This document shows positions 41,069-51,836 of a DNA stretch of 64,000 bases, in pieces. The stretch is from positions 186,001-250,000 of the forward strand of contig UYFQ01000001.1 in assembly GCA_900617105.1 (NCBI GenBank), read 5' to 3'. Each line of letters begins with the position of its first letter. The stretch's first letter is position 1. The position numbers and the translations under genes were made by a program. A model generated the notes under the pieces. It made no database searches, was not told where the DNA came from, and saw only the letters and a program-made list of their open reading frames with translations. Origin of the DNA: Hydrurus foetidus (lineage: Eukaryota).

Positions 41069-42242
41069 TGCCGATGAGGTTATCCGCTTGAGTTTGAATT
41101 TCCCCATCAACCGCCGTGCTGTGTTGGCGGCTGGCGCGTTGGGTTTGGCTGTACCTGTTGCGCAGGCCGAAACCGGTGTTACCGACAACCGCATTCGCAT
41201 CGGTCAATCGGCGGTGTTCAGCGGTGTGGCGCAAGACTTTGGCATCGACTACCGCGCCGGTATCTTGCTGGCGTTTTCGCGTACTAACAAGGCCGGTGGC
41301 GTGCTTGGCCGTAAGCTAGAGCTGGTCTCTTACGACGATGCGTACGACCCCAAACGCACCGCTGACAACACCCTCAAGCTGATTGATGCCGATCAGGTGT
41401 TTGCGCTGATGGGCTATGTCGCCACCGGAAACCTTGTCGCGGCTTTGCCTATCGCAGAAAGATCAGGCGTGCCGATGTTCGCGCCGCTGGTGGGCACCAG
41501 CTCGTTTCGCACCACGTTCAACCCGCTGTTGTTCCATGTGCGTGCTAGCTATGAGCAAGAGCTGCGCAAAATCATCAGTCACTTGGCGACGCTGGGTATC
41601 CACGACATTGCCGTGGTGTACCAAAACAGCGCGTTTGGCAAATCGAACATGGAAACCTGTGTGCAGATTGCGCAGACCTTGTCTGTGGCCGTGAAGCAAA
41701 CCTTGCCGATGGAGATCACCGCCACCGATGCCAAAACCCAGACCACCGCGTTGCTTGCGGCCCCGCCAGGCGCGGTGGTGATGGTGATGGCAGGCCGCAT
41801 GGTGGAGGTGTTTTTGAACGACTACCGTGGGGCCAAGGGGGCCGCCCCGATTTACACGCTGTCGGTGGGTATCACGGATGCGGCCGGGTCGGCCAAGCGG
41901 CTCAATGGAAAGCTCGAAGGTGTGGTCACGGCCAGCATCGTGCCTGGTACCCAGCAAAAGCGTTTTGGCGTGGTCACTGAGTACCAGCAAGACCGGGCCG
42001 AATTCAGCGAGGCCATTGACAGCGCCACGGCTTTGGAAGGCTACATCGCTGGTCGCGTGTTCACCGAGGGCTTGCGCCGTGCGGGTAAAGCGTTAACGCG
42101 GGAAGGTTTTATGCGAGCGATAGAAGGCATGGGCACCACCAAGCTGGCTGATTTTCCGGTCAGCTACGGCCCCAAAAACCACAACGGCTCTAACTTCGTC
42201 AACCTGGAGATGTACGGCAAAGATGGCAACCTTGTCCGTTGA
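41058..42242 (+). CDS. Periplasmic substrate-binding protein (LivK-like)
   Basis: NRRAVL Tat-like signal, GQSA, YDDAYDP. Confidence 0.85.
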   Translation: MPLDADEVIRLSLNFPINRRAVLAAGALGLAVPVAQAETGVTDNRIRIGQSAVFSGVAQDFGIDYRAGILLAFSRTNKAGGVLGRKLELVSYDDAYDPKRTADNTLKLIDADQVFALMGYVATGNLVAALPIAERSGVPMFAPLVGTSSFRTTFNPLLFHVRASYEQELRKIISHLATLGIHDIAVVYQNSAFGKSNMETCVQIAQTLSVAVKQTLPMEITATDAKTQTTALLAAPPGAVVMVMAGRMVEVFLNDYRGAKGAAPIYTLSVGITDAAGSAKRLNGKLEGVVTASIVPGTQQKRFGVVTEYQQDRAEFSEAIDSATALEGYIAGRVFTEGLRRAGKALTREGFMRAIEGMGTTKLADFPVSYGPKNHNGSNFVNLEMYGKDGNLVR

Positions 42243-42801
42243 TGTTTCTTCGAGCACAAACGCCTGCGAGGGGCTTACCGTCAACGGCCAGCACGTGGTG
42301 TTGCCTCGGCAAGGCAGCGCGACGTTGCTGCATGTTTTGCGCAACGATGTGGGGCTGAACGGCCCTAAATACGGCTGCGGTCTAGGCCAATGCGGCGCGT
42401 GTACGGTGCTGGTAGACGGCGTGGCGGCACGGGCCTGTGTGATTCCAGCGAAAGGCGTTGCAGGCCGTGCCATCACCACGCTGGAGGGTTTGCAAACCAG
42501 CGCTGCTTTGCACCCTGTGCAGCAGGCTTTTCTCGACACCCAGGCGGCCCAATGTGGCTATTGCCTCAATGGCATGGTGATGATGACTGTCGCGCTGTTG
42601 CAGCACACGCCGCAGCCTACGGAGGCGCAAATTCGCAGCCAGCTTTCGCATAACCTTTGCCGCTGTGGCACGCATGTGGAAATCATGCGGGCGGTGCAGC
42701 GGGCGGCGGTGCTGATGGCGCAAGTGCAAGTGCAAACACCCTCTCCCCAACCCTCTCCCGCGAGCGGTAGAGGGGGTAAGACTGGCGGGGCTGAGGGATG
42801 A
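42223..42801 (+). CDS. 2Fe-2S subunit of nicotinate dehydrogenase (NicA-like)
   Basis: GCGLGQCGAC, QCGYC, NLCRC. Confidence 0.9.
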   Translation: MATLSVDVSSSTNACEGLTVNGQHVVLPRQGSATLLHVLRNDVGLNGPKYGCGLGQCGACTVLVDGVAARACVIPAKGVAGRAITTLEGLQTSAALHPVQQAFLDTQAAQCGYCLNGMVMMTVALLQHTPQPTEAQIRSQLSHNLCRCGTHVEIMRAVQRAAVLMAQVQVQTPSPQPSPASGRGGKTGGAEG

Positions 42802-45800
42802 GCGAGAACACGGTTTTTCGACGTGCCAGCAGTGCCTTGAGCCGTGCGGATTTCCATGCGGCTACGGGGGTGTTGCTGGTGGTTCGTGAACCGTCTCCTG
42901 CGGCCATCCCAACACCCGGTCAACCCACTGCTGTGTCCGCCAATCCCGCAGAGGGGGTTGAAATTCTGCTTGCTGTGTGGGACGACGGCAGTGTCACCGC
43001 TTTGCATGGTCACGTCGATTTAGGCACCGGCCTGCGCACCGCGTTGGCGCAAATCGTGGCGGAGGAGTTGGAGGTGGCTGTGGCCGACATCACCGTGGTG
43101 ATGGGCAACACCGCCAGTGCGCCCAACCAAGGGGCCACCATCGCCAGCGCGTCGATCCAGGTGCATGGTGAGCCGCTACGCAGGGCTGCGGCACAGGCGC
43201 GGGCTTGGTTGTTGGCGCAAGGGGGGGATTTGGGGCATCCCAGCACCTTGAGCGGTCAGCATGTCGCGTTACAGCTCGACTTGCAAACCCCCGTCAAGAA
43301 GCCGCAGGATTACCACACCGTGGGCCAGTCCGTTCCCCGCGTGGACATGCACGACAAGCTCACCGGCAATCTGGTGTTCGTCCATGACATGCGTGTCCCC
43401 GGTATGTTGCATGGCCGCGTGGTGCGCCCGCCCTATGCGGGGGCTGACCACGGCGAGTTCATTGGCAACACGCTGGAATCCGTCGATAAAACCTCCATAG
43501 CCCACATCCCCGGCATCCGCGCCGTGGTGGTGATCCGTGATTTCGTGGGCATCGTGGCCGAGCGCGAAGAGCAGGCGGAACAAGCCCTGCGGGAACTGCG
43601 TGTGCAGTGGAAGCCCTGGCCAGGGATGCCCGATGTGCAGGACTTGGCTCAAGCGCTGCGCAACAACCCTTCAACGAAGCGCCAACTGGTGGACGAGGGC
43701 GATGTTGACGCGGCCATGGCCCGTATCAACGCAGGCGCGGGCACCGCCATGCCGCGCACCTATGTCTGGCCCTACCAAATGCACGCCTCTATCGGGCCGT
43801 CTTGCGCGGTGGCTGATTGGAGGGGTGAAGCCATGAATGTCTGGGCGGGGACGCAAAACCCCCATGTCCTGCGCTTTGATTTGTCCCGCCTGATGGGCCT
43901 GCCCGATGTGGCGATCAACGTGATCCGCATGGAGGCCGCAGGCTGCTATGGCCGCAATGGCGCGGACGATGTGGCGGCTGATGCTGCACTGCTTTCCCGC
44001 GCTGTGGGGGCACCCGTGCGCGTGCAGCTGACCCGCGAGCAAGAGCACCTGTGGGAACCCAAAGGCGCGGCGCAACTGATGGAGGTGCAGGGCGGTTTGA
44101 CACCCGAGGGGGAGGTGGCTGCTTACGATTTTCAAACCTCTTACCCTTCCAACGGAGCACCCACGCTGGCGCTGCTGTTGACGCGCACTGTAGAGCCGGT
44201 CGCCCAAGCCTTTGAGATGGGCGACCGCACCGCCCGCCCGCCTTACGGCTACACCAACCTGCGCGTCAGCGTGAACGACATGCCGCCGCTGGTGCGGGCT
44301 TCGTGGCTGCGCGGTGTGTCCGCACTGCCCAATTCGTTCGCACACGAGTCCTACATTGACGAATTGGCTACCGCAGCGGGCGTTGACCCGGTGGACTTCC
44401 GTCTGCGGTACTTGAACGACCCGCGTGCCGTCGAGCTGGTGCAAGCCACGGTGCAAAAAGCCGGTTGGAAGCCCCACACCCAAGCGCAACTTCAGCCCGC
44501 TGAGGGGGATATCCTCCACGGCCAGGGCTTTGCATATGCCCGCTACGTCCACAGCAAATGGCCCGGTTTCGGGGCGGCGTGGGCGGCGTGGGTGGCCGAT
44601 GTGGAGGTCAACCGCCGCACCGGCGAAGTCCATGTGCGGCGCGTGGTGGTGGGGCACGATGCGGGCATGGTGGTCAACCCGGCAGGGGTGGAGCACCAAA
44701 TCCACGGCAACGTGCTGCAAGCCACCAGCCGCAGCCTGAAAGAGCGTGTGCCGTTCACGCCCGGCACGAACACCGTTGCCACCCAAGAGTGGGGCAGCTA
44801 CCCCATCCTGAGTTTTCGTGATGTGCCCGTCATCGAGATCATGCACATGCCCCGCCAGGGCGAGCCGGCGCTGGGGGCGGGGGAATCGTCGTCGGTGCCG
44901 GGTACAGCCGCCATCGCCAACGCCATTTTTGATGCCACCGGCGTGCGTTTTCGCGAGCCACCCTTCACGCCTGAGGTGGTGCGGGCTGCGTTGAATCCAG
45001 AAAACTCATCCAATACGCCTTCATTGCATATTCCATCAGTGGGGGTGGCTATCAATAGCGTAGCGATGGAGTCTGAGTTAGCTGCCTTGCCTTGGCCGCA
45101 GCGCCGCTCGTTTTGGGGCAAAACGGGGACGTTGGTGGTGGGCGTGTTGGGCTTATTGGGTTTGGGGGCGGCACTGCTGGGCTGGCGCTCGTCCATCGCC
45201 CCCTTGGTGCCTGCCACGGCCCCATTGCAGCCGTCCATCTACACCGCCGCCACCGTAGAGCGGGGCCGTCAGCTCGCCGCTGTGGGCGATTGTGCTGTTT
45301 GCCACACCGCCGCCGGAGGCGCTGCAAATGCTGGTGGGCAGCCGCTGCACACGCCTTTTGGCACCGTCTACAGCACCAACCTCACGCCGGACGTTGAAAC
45401 CGGACTCGGGTCGTGGTCGCTCGCGGCCTTCCAGCGGGCCATGCGCGAAGGCATCTCCCGCGATGGCCACCACCTTTACCCCGCCTTCCCCTACACCGCC
45501 TTTGCCAAAACCAGCGACGACGACCTGACCGCGCTGTACGCCTACCTGATGGCGCAACCGGCAATCAAAGCCGCCACGCCCCCAGCGCAAATGCGCTTCC
45601 CGTTCAACCTGCGTCCATTGATGGCGGGCTGGAATGCGCTGTTCCACGATGCCACGCCTGCACAGCCTGTACCGAGTCAATCCGCAGAATGGATGCGTGG
45701 GGCCAGTTTGGTCAACGGACTGGGCCATTGCGGTGCCTGCCACACGCCGCGCAACGCCTTGGGTGCGGAGCAAGGCGGACGTGCGTACTTGTCCGGTGCC

Positions 45801-46436
45801 CTGGTCGATGGCTGGGAAGCCCCAGCGCTTACCGCCTTGTCGAAATCCCCCGTGCCCTGGACGGCAGACGCGCTCTACAGCTACCTGCGCCACGGCCATG
45901 CGCCCGAGCACGGCAGCGCCGCTGGCCCTATGGCCCCAGTGGTGCGCGAGCTGGCCGCTGTGCCCGATGCCGATATCCGTGCTATGGCTACGTATTTGGC
46001 CTCATTTCAGAATTCATCACAGGATCAAAAACAGGCTGTACCGCATGCTGATAGCGCTACAAATGCTATTAATAACAAAGCGAATGAATCCCTTCTTTCA
46101 TCTCTCCTACCTGGTGCCACCCAACGCCTGTTCACCGGTGCATGTGGAGCCTGCCACCACGACGGCGACGGTCCGCGTCTGCTGGGGTTGAATATCCCGC
46201 TGGGCCTCAGCAGCAAGCTCCACAGCGACAGGCCCGACAATTTGCTGCGGGTGATGCTGGACGGCATTCAGCAACCCGCTGGGCCACAGGTGGGTTTCAT
46301 GCCCGCGTTCAGGCACAGCCTGTCGGATGCACAGATCGCCGAATTGGCGGGCTACCTGCGCCAGCGCTATGCGCCGGGCAGGGCGGCTTGGTCTGATTTG
46401 GTGGAGGCCGTGGCACGGGTGCGGGGCTTGGACTGA
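42798..46436 (+). CDS. Molybdopterin subunit fused to three cytochrome c domains (NicB-like)
   Basis: Xanthine dehydrogenase-type Mo domains plus CAVCH, CGACH, CGACH. Confidence 0.9.
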   Translation: MSENTVFRRASSALSRADFHAATGVLLVVREPSPAAIPTPGQPTAVSANPAEGVEILLAVWDDGSVTALHGHVDLGTGLRTALAQIVAEELEVAVADITVVMGNTASAPNQGATIASASIQVHGEPLRRAAAQARAWLLAQGGDLGHPSTLSGQHVALQLDLQTPVKKPQDYHTVGQSVPRVDMHDKLTGNLVFVHDMRVPGMLHGRVVRPPYAGADHGEFIGNTLESVDKTSIAHIPGIRAVVVIRDFVGIVAEREEQAEQALRELRVQWKPWPGMPDVQDLAQALRNNPSTKRQLVDEGDVDAAMARINAGAGTAMPRTYVWPYQMHASIGPSCAVADWRGEAMNVWAGTQNPHVLRFDLSRLMGLPDVAINVIRMEAAGCYGRNGADDVAADAALLSRAVGAPVRVQLTREQEHLWEPKGAAQLMEVQGGLTPEGEVAAYDFQTSYPSNGAPTLALLLTRTVEPVAQAFEMGDRTARPPYGYTNLRVSVNDMPPLVRASWLRGVSALPNSFAHESYIDELATAAGVDPVDFRLRYLNDPRAVELVQATVQKAGWKPHTQAQLQPAEGDILHGQGFAYARYVHSKWPGFGAAWAAWVADVEVNRRTGEVHVRRVVVGHDAGMVVNPAGVEHQIHGNVLQATSRSLKERVPFTPGTNTVATQEWGSYPILSFRDVPVIEIMHMPRQGEPALGAGESSSVPGTAAIANAIFDATGVRFREPPFTPEVVRAALNPENSSNTPSLHIPSVGVAINSVAMESELAALPWPQRRSFWGKTGTLVVGVLGLLGLGAALLGWRSSIAPLVPATAPLQPSIYTAATVERGRQLAAVGDCAVCHTAAGGAANAGGQPLHTPFGTVYSTNLTPDVETGLGSWSLAAFQRAMREGISRDGHHLYPAFPYTAFAKTSDDDLTALYAYLMAQPAIKAATPPAQMRFPFNLRPLMAGWNALFHDATPAQPVPSQSAEWMRGASLVNGLGHCGACHTPRNALGAEQGGRAYLSGALVDGWEAPALTALSKSPVPWTADALYSYLRHGHAPEHGSAAGPMAPVVRELAAVPDADIRAMATYLASFQNSSQDQKQAVPHADSATNAINNKANESLLSSLLPGATQRLFTGACGACHHDGDGPRLLGLNIPLGLSSKLHSDRPDNLLRVMLDGIQQPAGPQVGFMPAFRHSLSDAQIAELAGYLRQRYAPGRAAWSDLVEAVARVRGLD

Positions 46437-46603
46437 CGGCCAGGCATAAAGCTTTTTGCGCAACTTTTGAGCCAAGCAAAGGGTGCTATGCGTACAGTCT
46501 GCGTAGGGTTTTTCAGCGTACGCTTTTCGCTAGCTCTGCTAGAGTCTAGAGTGGGTATCCCTGTTCAACAAACCTTATGGAGCTGCGTCTCTCGCTACAC
46601 CTT

Positions 46604-48421
46604 ATGGATGATGATCTTCTGGAGTTCACCGACGCCGAACCTGCTGAGTTGAGCCTAGGCGATAAGCTTGATCCTTGGCGGATTTTGGTGGTGGATGATG
46701 ACCCGGATGTGCATGAAAGTACCGCCTACGGTTTGCGCGGGCTCGACATTGAAGGACGTGGGTTGCACTTGCTGCATGCGCATTCCGGTGCGGATGCGCT
46801 GAGCATTTTGCGCCACGAGCCTGATGTGGCTGTAGTGTTGCTCGATGTGGTGATGGAAACCGATGACGCGGGATTGGCTACGGTGACGGCCATTCGGGGT
46901 GAGCTGGGCATGAGCCATATACGCATCATTTTGCGTACAGGTCAACCGGGTCAAGCGCCTGAGATCGACACCATCCGTCGCTACGACATCAATGATTACA
47001 AAACCAAAAGCGAGCTGACCCGTACCAAGTTGTACACGGTACTCACCACGTCCATCCGCTCTTATGACCAATTGCGCCGTCTGGATGACTTGTACGCCAC
47101 CAATTTGAAGTTAGTGACGCGCCTGCAAGAATTCGCGTTTGAAGACAGCTTGCTGGGCTTACCCAACCGTACCGCCTTTGTGCAGCATTTGGACGATGCC
47201 TGCCACAACGGCACTTCTGCAGGTCAAGCGATTGGGTTGATGGACGTAGACCAGTTTGCGGAAACCAACGACATGTTTGGTCATGTCTACGGGGACTTGC
47301 TGCTGGCCGCTATTGCGCGGCGCTTGGCCGAGGTACACGCTGGGCGTGGCTTGTTGGCACGGGTCGCGGGTGACACTTTTGCCTTGTTTGGGGATGCGAC
47401 CTGGGTTAATCCCGAGGTGTTGCGTGCCGCTTTTGAGCAACCGTTTGAAATTGAAGGGGTACAGCGGCCTGTGTCGATTTGCATGGGCTTTATGCAATGC
47501 GCTGCCAGCACACCCGTTGGTACCCTCACGACGGGGCTGGATCTGCTCAAAAATGCCTCGATTGCGCTCAAGCGTGCCAAAGAATTAGGCCAAGGCCGCA
47601 GCGCGCACTACTCGGTGGAAGTCGGCGTGGCCACGCGCGAGCGCACGCGCTTGCTGCACGGTTTGCAAAAAGCCTTTGCCCGCGAGCGGCTGTTCGTGGT
47701 CTACCAACCGCAGGTATCGCTGCAAACCGGGCTACCGATTGGCGTGGAGGCACTGGTGCGCTGGCGCACCGAAGACGGCCAGTTTGTGCCGCCTGACCAC
47801 TTTATCCCCGTTGCCGAACAATCCGGCTTGATTGTGGCAATGGGGGCGTGGGTGCTGCGCACCTCGTTGCACGCCATGGGCCAGCTGCGCGCCAAAGGTC
47901 TCAGCGGCATTCGGATGGCAGTGAACGTGTCGTCGGTGCAGTTTGCGCAAGTGCAGTTTTTGGCGATGGTGGACGAGGCGCTGCGCGATACCGGCATGCC
48001 ACCGGATTGTTTAGAGCTGGAGATCACCGAGTCGGTGGCCGTGATGGGCATGGTGCGGGTGGCGGCACTGCTGCGCGAGATCAAGGCGCGTGGCATTGCC
48101 GTGGCGATCGACGATTTCGGCACCGGGTTTTCTTCGCTGTCATACCTTGATCAGTTGCCCGCAGACCGCCTCAAGATTGACCGTGCCTTCGTCACTTCGT
48201 TGGACTCTGGTCGTCTGGGTGCACGCATCGCCGAGATGATCGTGCCGTTGGGGCACCAATTGGGCATGTTGGTGCTGGCCGAAGGGGTAGAAACCGAAGC
48301 CCAGGCCAACATCTTGCGTGACTTGGGGTGTGACGAAGCGCAGGGCTATTTGTATGCCAAACCGATGCCGATTGACGATCTGCTGCCCTGGCTGGTGCAG
48401 CGCTTGGGCACGGCATCGTGA
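46604..48421 (+). CDS. REC-GGDEF(degenerate)-EAL c-di-GMP phosphodiesterase
   Basis: LLDVVME; AGDTF in place of GGDEF; EAL, ELEITE, DDFGTG, EGVE intact. Confidence 0.92.
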   Translation: MDDDLLEFTDAEPAELSLGDKLDPWRILVVDDDPDVHESTAYGLRGLDIEGRGLHLLHAHSGADALSILRHEPDVAVVLLDVVMETDDAGLATVTAIRGELGMSHIRIILRTGQPGQAPEIDTIRRYDINDYKTKSELTRTKLYTVLTTSIRSYDQLRRLDDLYATNLKLVTRLQEFAFEDSLLGLPNRTAFVQHLDDACHNGTSAGQAIGLMDVDQFAETNDMFGHVYGDLLLAAIARRLAEVHAGRGLLARVAGDTFALFGDATWVNPEVLRAAFEQPFEIEGVQRPVSICMGFMQCAASTPVGTLTTGLDLLKNASIALKRAKELGQGRSAHYSVEVGVATRERTRLLHGLQKAFARERLFVVYQPQVSLQTGLPIGVEALVRWRTEDGQFVPPDHFIPVAEQSGLIVAMGAWVLRTSLHAMGQLRAKGLSGIRMAVNVSSVQFAQVQFLAMVDEALRDTGMPPDCLELEITESVAVMGMVRVAALLREIKARGIAVAIDDFGTGFSSLSYLDQLPADRLKIDRAFVTSLDSGRLGARIAEMIVPLGHQLGMLVLAEGVETEAQANILRDLGCDEAQGYLYAKPMPIDDLLPWLVQRLGTAS

Positions 48422-49548
48422 TGGCTTTGCGCAGCGTCTGCCAATGGCAGGGGGCGATAGTGCTTGTGTTGTTTGGCGCGTTGCCGATGCTTATCGCTTG
48501 CAGCCCCCAAACACCTGTTTACATCGGTTTCATGGGGGGGCTAACCGACCGCACCTCAGACACGGCAGAGGCGGGGCGCAATGGGTTGATGTTGGCGGTA
48601 GAGCAGCGCAATCTTGCGGGCGGTATCCATGGCCGTCGCCTGGAGATCGTGTTTCGAGATGATGGCCAAAACGCAGACATGGCAGGCATCGCCATCGCAG
48701 CGTTGGTGGCTGCCCAAGTGGATGTGGTGATCGGCCCTTTCACCAGCGCCATGGCTAAAGTAGCCTTGCCGATCGCTGACGAAGCGCAACTCACGCTGAT
48801 CAGCCCAGTGGTGACATCGCTCGACTTTCTTGGCAAAGACGATTCCCTGATACGCCTCAGCAGCAGCACCCGAGACAACGGGCAGGACTACGCGCAGCAC
48901 CTGCTGGCGCGGGGGCAGCGGCGTGTGGCTGTGGCCTATGACATTCGCAACCGCAGTTATTCGGAATCGTGGCTCAAGGCGTTCACGCAGGCGTATACAG
49001 CGCAAGGTGGTGTGGTGTGCGTTGCACTGCCCTTTGAGTCGCAGGCTAACATGGGTTTTGGCGATGTGATTCGCACCCTGCTGACACCTCAGCCGGACAG
49101 CCTGCTTTTTGTGGCCAGTGCCATTGATGTGGCGCGACTGGCCCAGCAGGCCAGCAAGCTCGCCCCCGAGCTGCCCCAAAGTGCCGCAGAATGGGCGGCC
49201 ACCGAGACCTTGATTGAGCTCGGCGGCAATGAGGTCAATGGGATGGTGCTGGCGCAGTCCTACGACCGCACGGACAAGTCTGCGCGGCATCTTGAGTTTC
49301 GCGATGCTTATGTGAACCGGTTTGCACGGGTACCCAGTTTTGTCTCTGTCGCGGCTTACGACACAGCCACGGTGTTGTTTCAAGCGTTGGAGCGGCGGCA
49401 ACCGGGCGAGTCGGTGAAGGCGGCTGTACTTAACCGCGGCCCTTACCAAGGTGTGCAGCAGCGCATTGTGTTTGACCGCTTTGGTGACACGGTACGCGAT
49501 ATGTATTTCACCGAGATTCGTGGTGGTCAGTTTGTGCCTGTGAAATGA
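48418..49548 (+). CDS. Periplasmic ligand-binding protein (probable lipoprotein)
   Basis: LIAC lipobox-like; LivK-like motifs; overlaps both neighbours by 4 bp. Confidence 0.85.
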   Translation: MMALRSVCQWQGAIVLVLFGALPMLIACSPQTPVYIGFMGGLTDRTSDTAEAGRNGLMLAVEQRNLAGGIHGRRLEIVFRDDGQNADMAGIAIAALVAAQVDVVIGPFTSAMAKVALPIADEAQLTLISPVVTSLDFLGKDDSLIRLSSSTRDNGQDYAQHLLARGQRRVAVAYDIRNRSYSESWLKAFTQAYTAQGGVVCVALPFESQANMGFGDVIRTLLTPQPDSLLFVASAIDVARLAQQASKLAPELPQSAAEWAATETLIELGGNEVNGMVLAQSYDRTDKSARHLEFRDAYVNRFARVPSFVSVAAYDTATVLFQALERRQPGESVKAAVLNRGPYQGVQQRIVFDRFGDTVRDMYFTEIRGGQFVPVK

Positions 49549-51836
49549 TGCGCACAGGTTGGCTTCGCAGCTATTTGGCGACGCTGCTTGTCATCACTGT
49601 GCTGGTGACGTTTGCGGTGGTAGGTGCCACTTTGTTGCTGGTGCGCGTGCCCCAAATCGAGCAAAACAACAAAGACGAAGTAGCCCGCGACACCGAGGAA
49701 CTTGCGCAGCGTGTTGCGCTGTTGCTGGGTTCGCTGGAGTCACGTGTTGAGGTGCTGGGTCAGGTGCTGGAGACTCTGCCTTTGGAGCAAGCCAATGCTT
49801 TGCTCGACCGCGCCGCTTGGGCTGGGCGAGATTTTCGGGCGCTGTACCTGATCTCTAACCCCGGTGTGGTGCTGGCAGCGGGCACGGCTTCTACCTTGCG
49901 AGAGCACCGTGCTGACGTGCTGGACAGCGATTTATCAGGCAATGCCTTGCTCAACGCCGTACTTTCCAGCCGACGAACCGTATGGAGCGACAAGTACCTG
50001 TCAGCGCTCAGCGGTTCCGTGACGGTAGGATTGGCGACCCCGGTTGGGCATGACCGTATCTTGCTGGCTGAAGTCCCCTTGGAATACGTGCTGAACACCG
50101 TACGGGTGGCTGCTGGCAAGCGGGTCTCAACGGTTTGGCTGCTCGATGAGTACGGCGAGGTACTGGCCAATACCCAAGACGCACACAGCGTAGGTACAGA
50201 AAATTTTCTGAACTTGCCGCTGGTGCAGGCGGCGCGCAAAAACCAGGCTGTACCTGCACTGTTTCAGGTGCATGGGCGCACGTTCCACCCAGCGGTAGCA
50301 CGCTCAGTGGCCTTGAACTGGTACTTCATAGGCGGCATACCTGCTGGCTTTGAAAACCACGAGGTGCAGGGAGCTTTCGCTTTGGTGGCTGTGAGCCTTC
50401 TCGGTGCTGTGGTAGTTGCCCTGCTGATGGCACCCTTTTGGGCCACTTGGTTGACTTTGCCCTTGAGCCGCATTGTGGCCAGCGCCAGACAAATCACGCT
50501 GGGCGCAGAGGTGAAGGCATGGCCACGCAGCCGTATCAAGGAGTTCAACAACCTCTCTGCTGATCTCGAAAAAATGTCGGCCACGCTGCAAGAGCGCGAG
50601 CTGAAATTCCAAGCGATTTTCAACGCCTCGCCGGTGCCGATGACCGTGACCGATGTTGACCGTCAGTTTGTGCTGCTGGACGTGAATGACGCTTGGTGTC
50701 GGGCCTTTGGTTACCAGCGTGAGCGTGTGCTGGGTCGTACTTCCATTGCCATTGGCATGATGTCCTCTACCGATAGACGCAATACCGCCATGAAGAACAT
50801 GCAGGGTGACAGTTTGCTCACCGAAGGTACGTTGCTGAAGGTTGACGGTTCACCGGTGCTGTGCCAAGTTTATGGGCGAAAGGTGCAAATTGGGTCGGTC
50901 AATTTGATGGTTTGGGCCTTGATTGATATCGGGGAATCGCGCCGCATCAGCAATGAGTTGAGCGTACTCAACACCGAGCTCGAAGCCCGCGTGGAACTTA
51001 GAACGCAAGCGCTGGCTATGGCCAATGAAGAACTGTCAGGCACCATCTCCGTGCTGCGTGAAACCCAAGGTGAGCTGGTACGGGTCGAAAAAATGGCGGC
51101 ACTGGGCGGACTGGTAGCGGGTGTCGCGCATGAGTTGAACACGCCGCTGGGAAACGGCCTGATGGCCGTGACGACGCTGGCTGATGAGGTGCGCCAATTC
51201 CGCGAGTCGATGCAGGCTGGTTTGCGCCGCGCCGCGCTGGACAATCTACTGCTCAGCGTAGAGCAGGCCACCCACATCACCACGCGCAACCTGCATCGAG
51301 CGTCTGATTTGGTGAGCAGCTTTAAGCAAGTGGCGGCAGACCAAACCAGCTCGCAGCGCAGGCCCTTTGATTTGCGCGAGGTTGTCGATGAAATGGTTGT
51401 CAGTTTGCGTCCTTCCTTCAGCCGCACGCCCTACTGCATTGAGGTTGATGTGGCCGAGGGGCTGCGCTTGGACAGCTACCCCGGCCCGCTGGGGCAAGTC
51501 ATCGGGAATTTGATGAACAACGCAATGTTGCACGGTTTTGAGGGGCGCTCATACGGCACCATTCGCATGACCGGAACGCAAGAAGACGGTGTCATCGTGC
51601 TGCGCGTGGCCGATGATGGCCAAGGTATTCCTGAGGGGCTGATTGTACGTATTTTTGATCCCTTCATGACCACCAAAATGGGCCGTGGCGGTACGGGCCT
51701 GGGCTTGCACATTGCCTACAACGTTGTGACCAATCTGCTAGGTGGCAGCCTCACAGTTAACAGTGTGGAGGGCGAAGGGGCAACTTTTGAGCTGCGTTTG
51801 CCGCGCATCGCACCTACGGCGAGCGTGGTCGTCTAG
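49545..51836 (+). CDS. Cache-HAMP-PAS sensor histidine kinase
   Basis: AHELNTPLG, NAMLHGF, DDGQG, GGTGLGL. Confidence 0.92.
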   Translation: MMRTGWLRSYLATLLVITVLVTFAVVGATLLLVRVPQIEQNNKDEVARDTEELAQRVALLLGSLESRVEVLGQVLETLPLEQANALLDRAAWAGRDFRALYLISNPGVVLAAGTASTLREHRADVLDSDLSGNALLNAVLSSRRTVWSDKYLSALSGSVTVGLATPVGHDRILLAEVPLEYVLNTVRVAAGKRVSTVWLLDEYGEVLANTQDAHSVGTENFLNLPLVQAARKNQAVPALFQVHGRTFHPAVARSVALNWYFIGGIPAGFENHEVQGAFALVAVSLLGAVVVALLMAPFWATWLTLPLSRIVASARQITLGAEVKAWPRSRIKEFNNLSADLEKMSATLQERELKFQAIFNASPVPMTVTDVDRQFVLLDVNDAWCRAFGYQRERVLGRTSIAIGMMSSTDRRNTAMKNMQGDSLLTEGTLLKVDGSPVLCQVYGRKVQIGSVNLMVWALIDIGESRRISNELSVLNTELEARVELRTQALAMANEELSGTISVLRETQGELVRVEKMAALGGLVAGVAHELNTPLGNGLMAVTTLADEVRQFRESMQAGLRRAALDNLLLSVEQATHITTRNLHRASDLVSSFKQVAADQTSSQRRPFDLREVVDEMVVSLRPSFSRTPYCIEVDVAEGLRLDSYPGPLGQVIGNLMNNAMLHGFEGRSYGTIRMTGTQEDGVIVLRVADDGQGIPEGLIVRIFDPFMTTKMGRGGTGLGLHIAYNVVTNLLGGSLTVNSVEGEGATFELRLPRIAPTASVVV

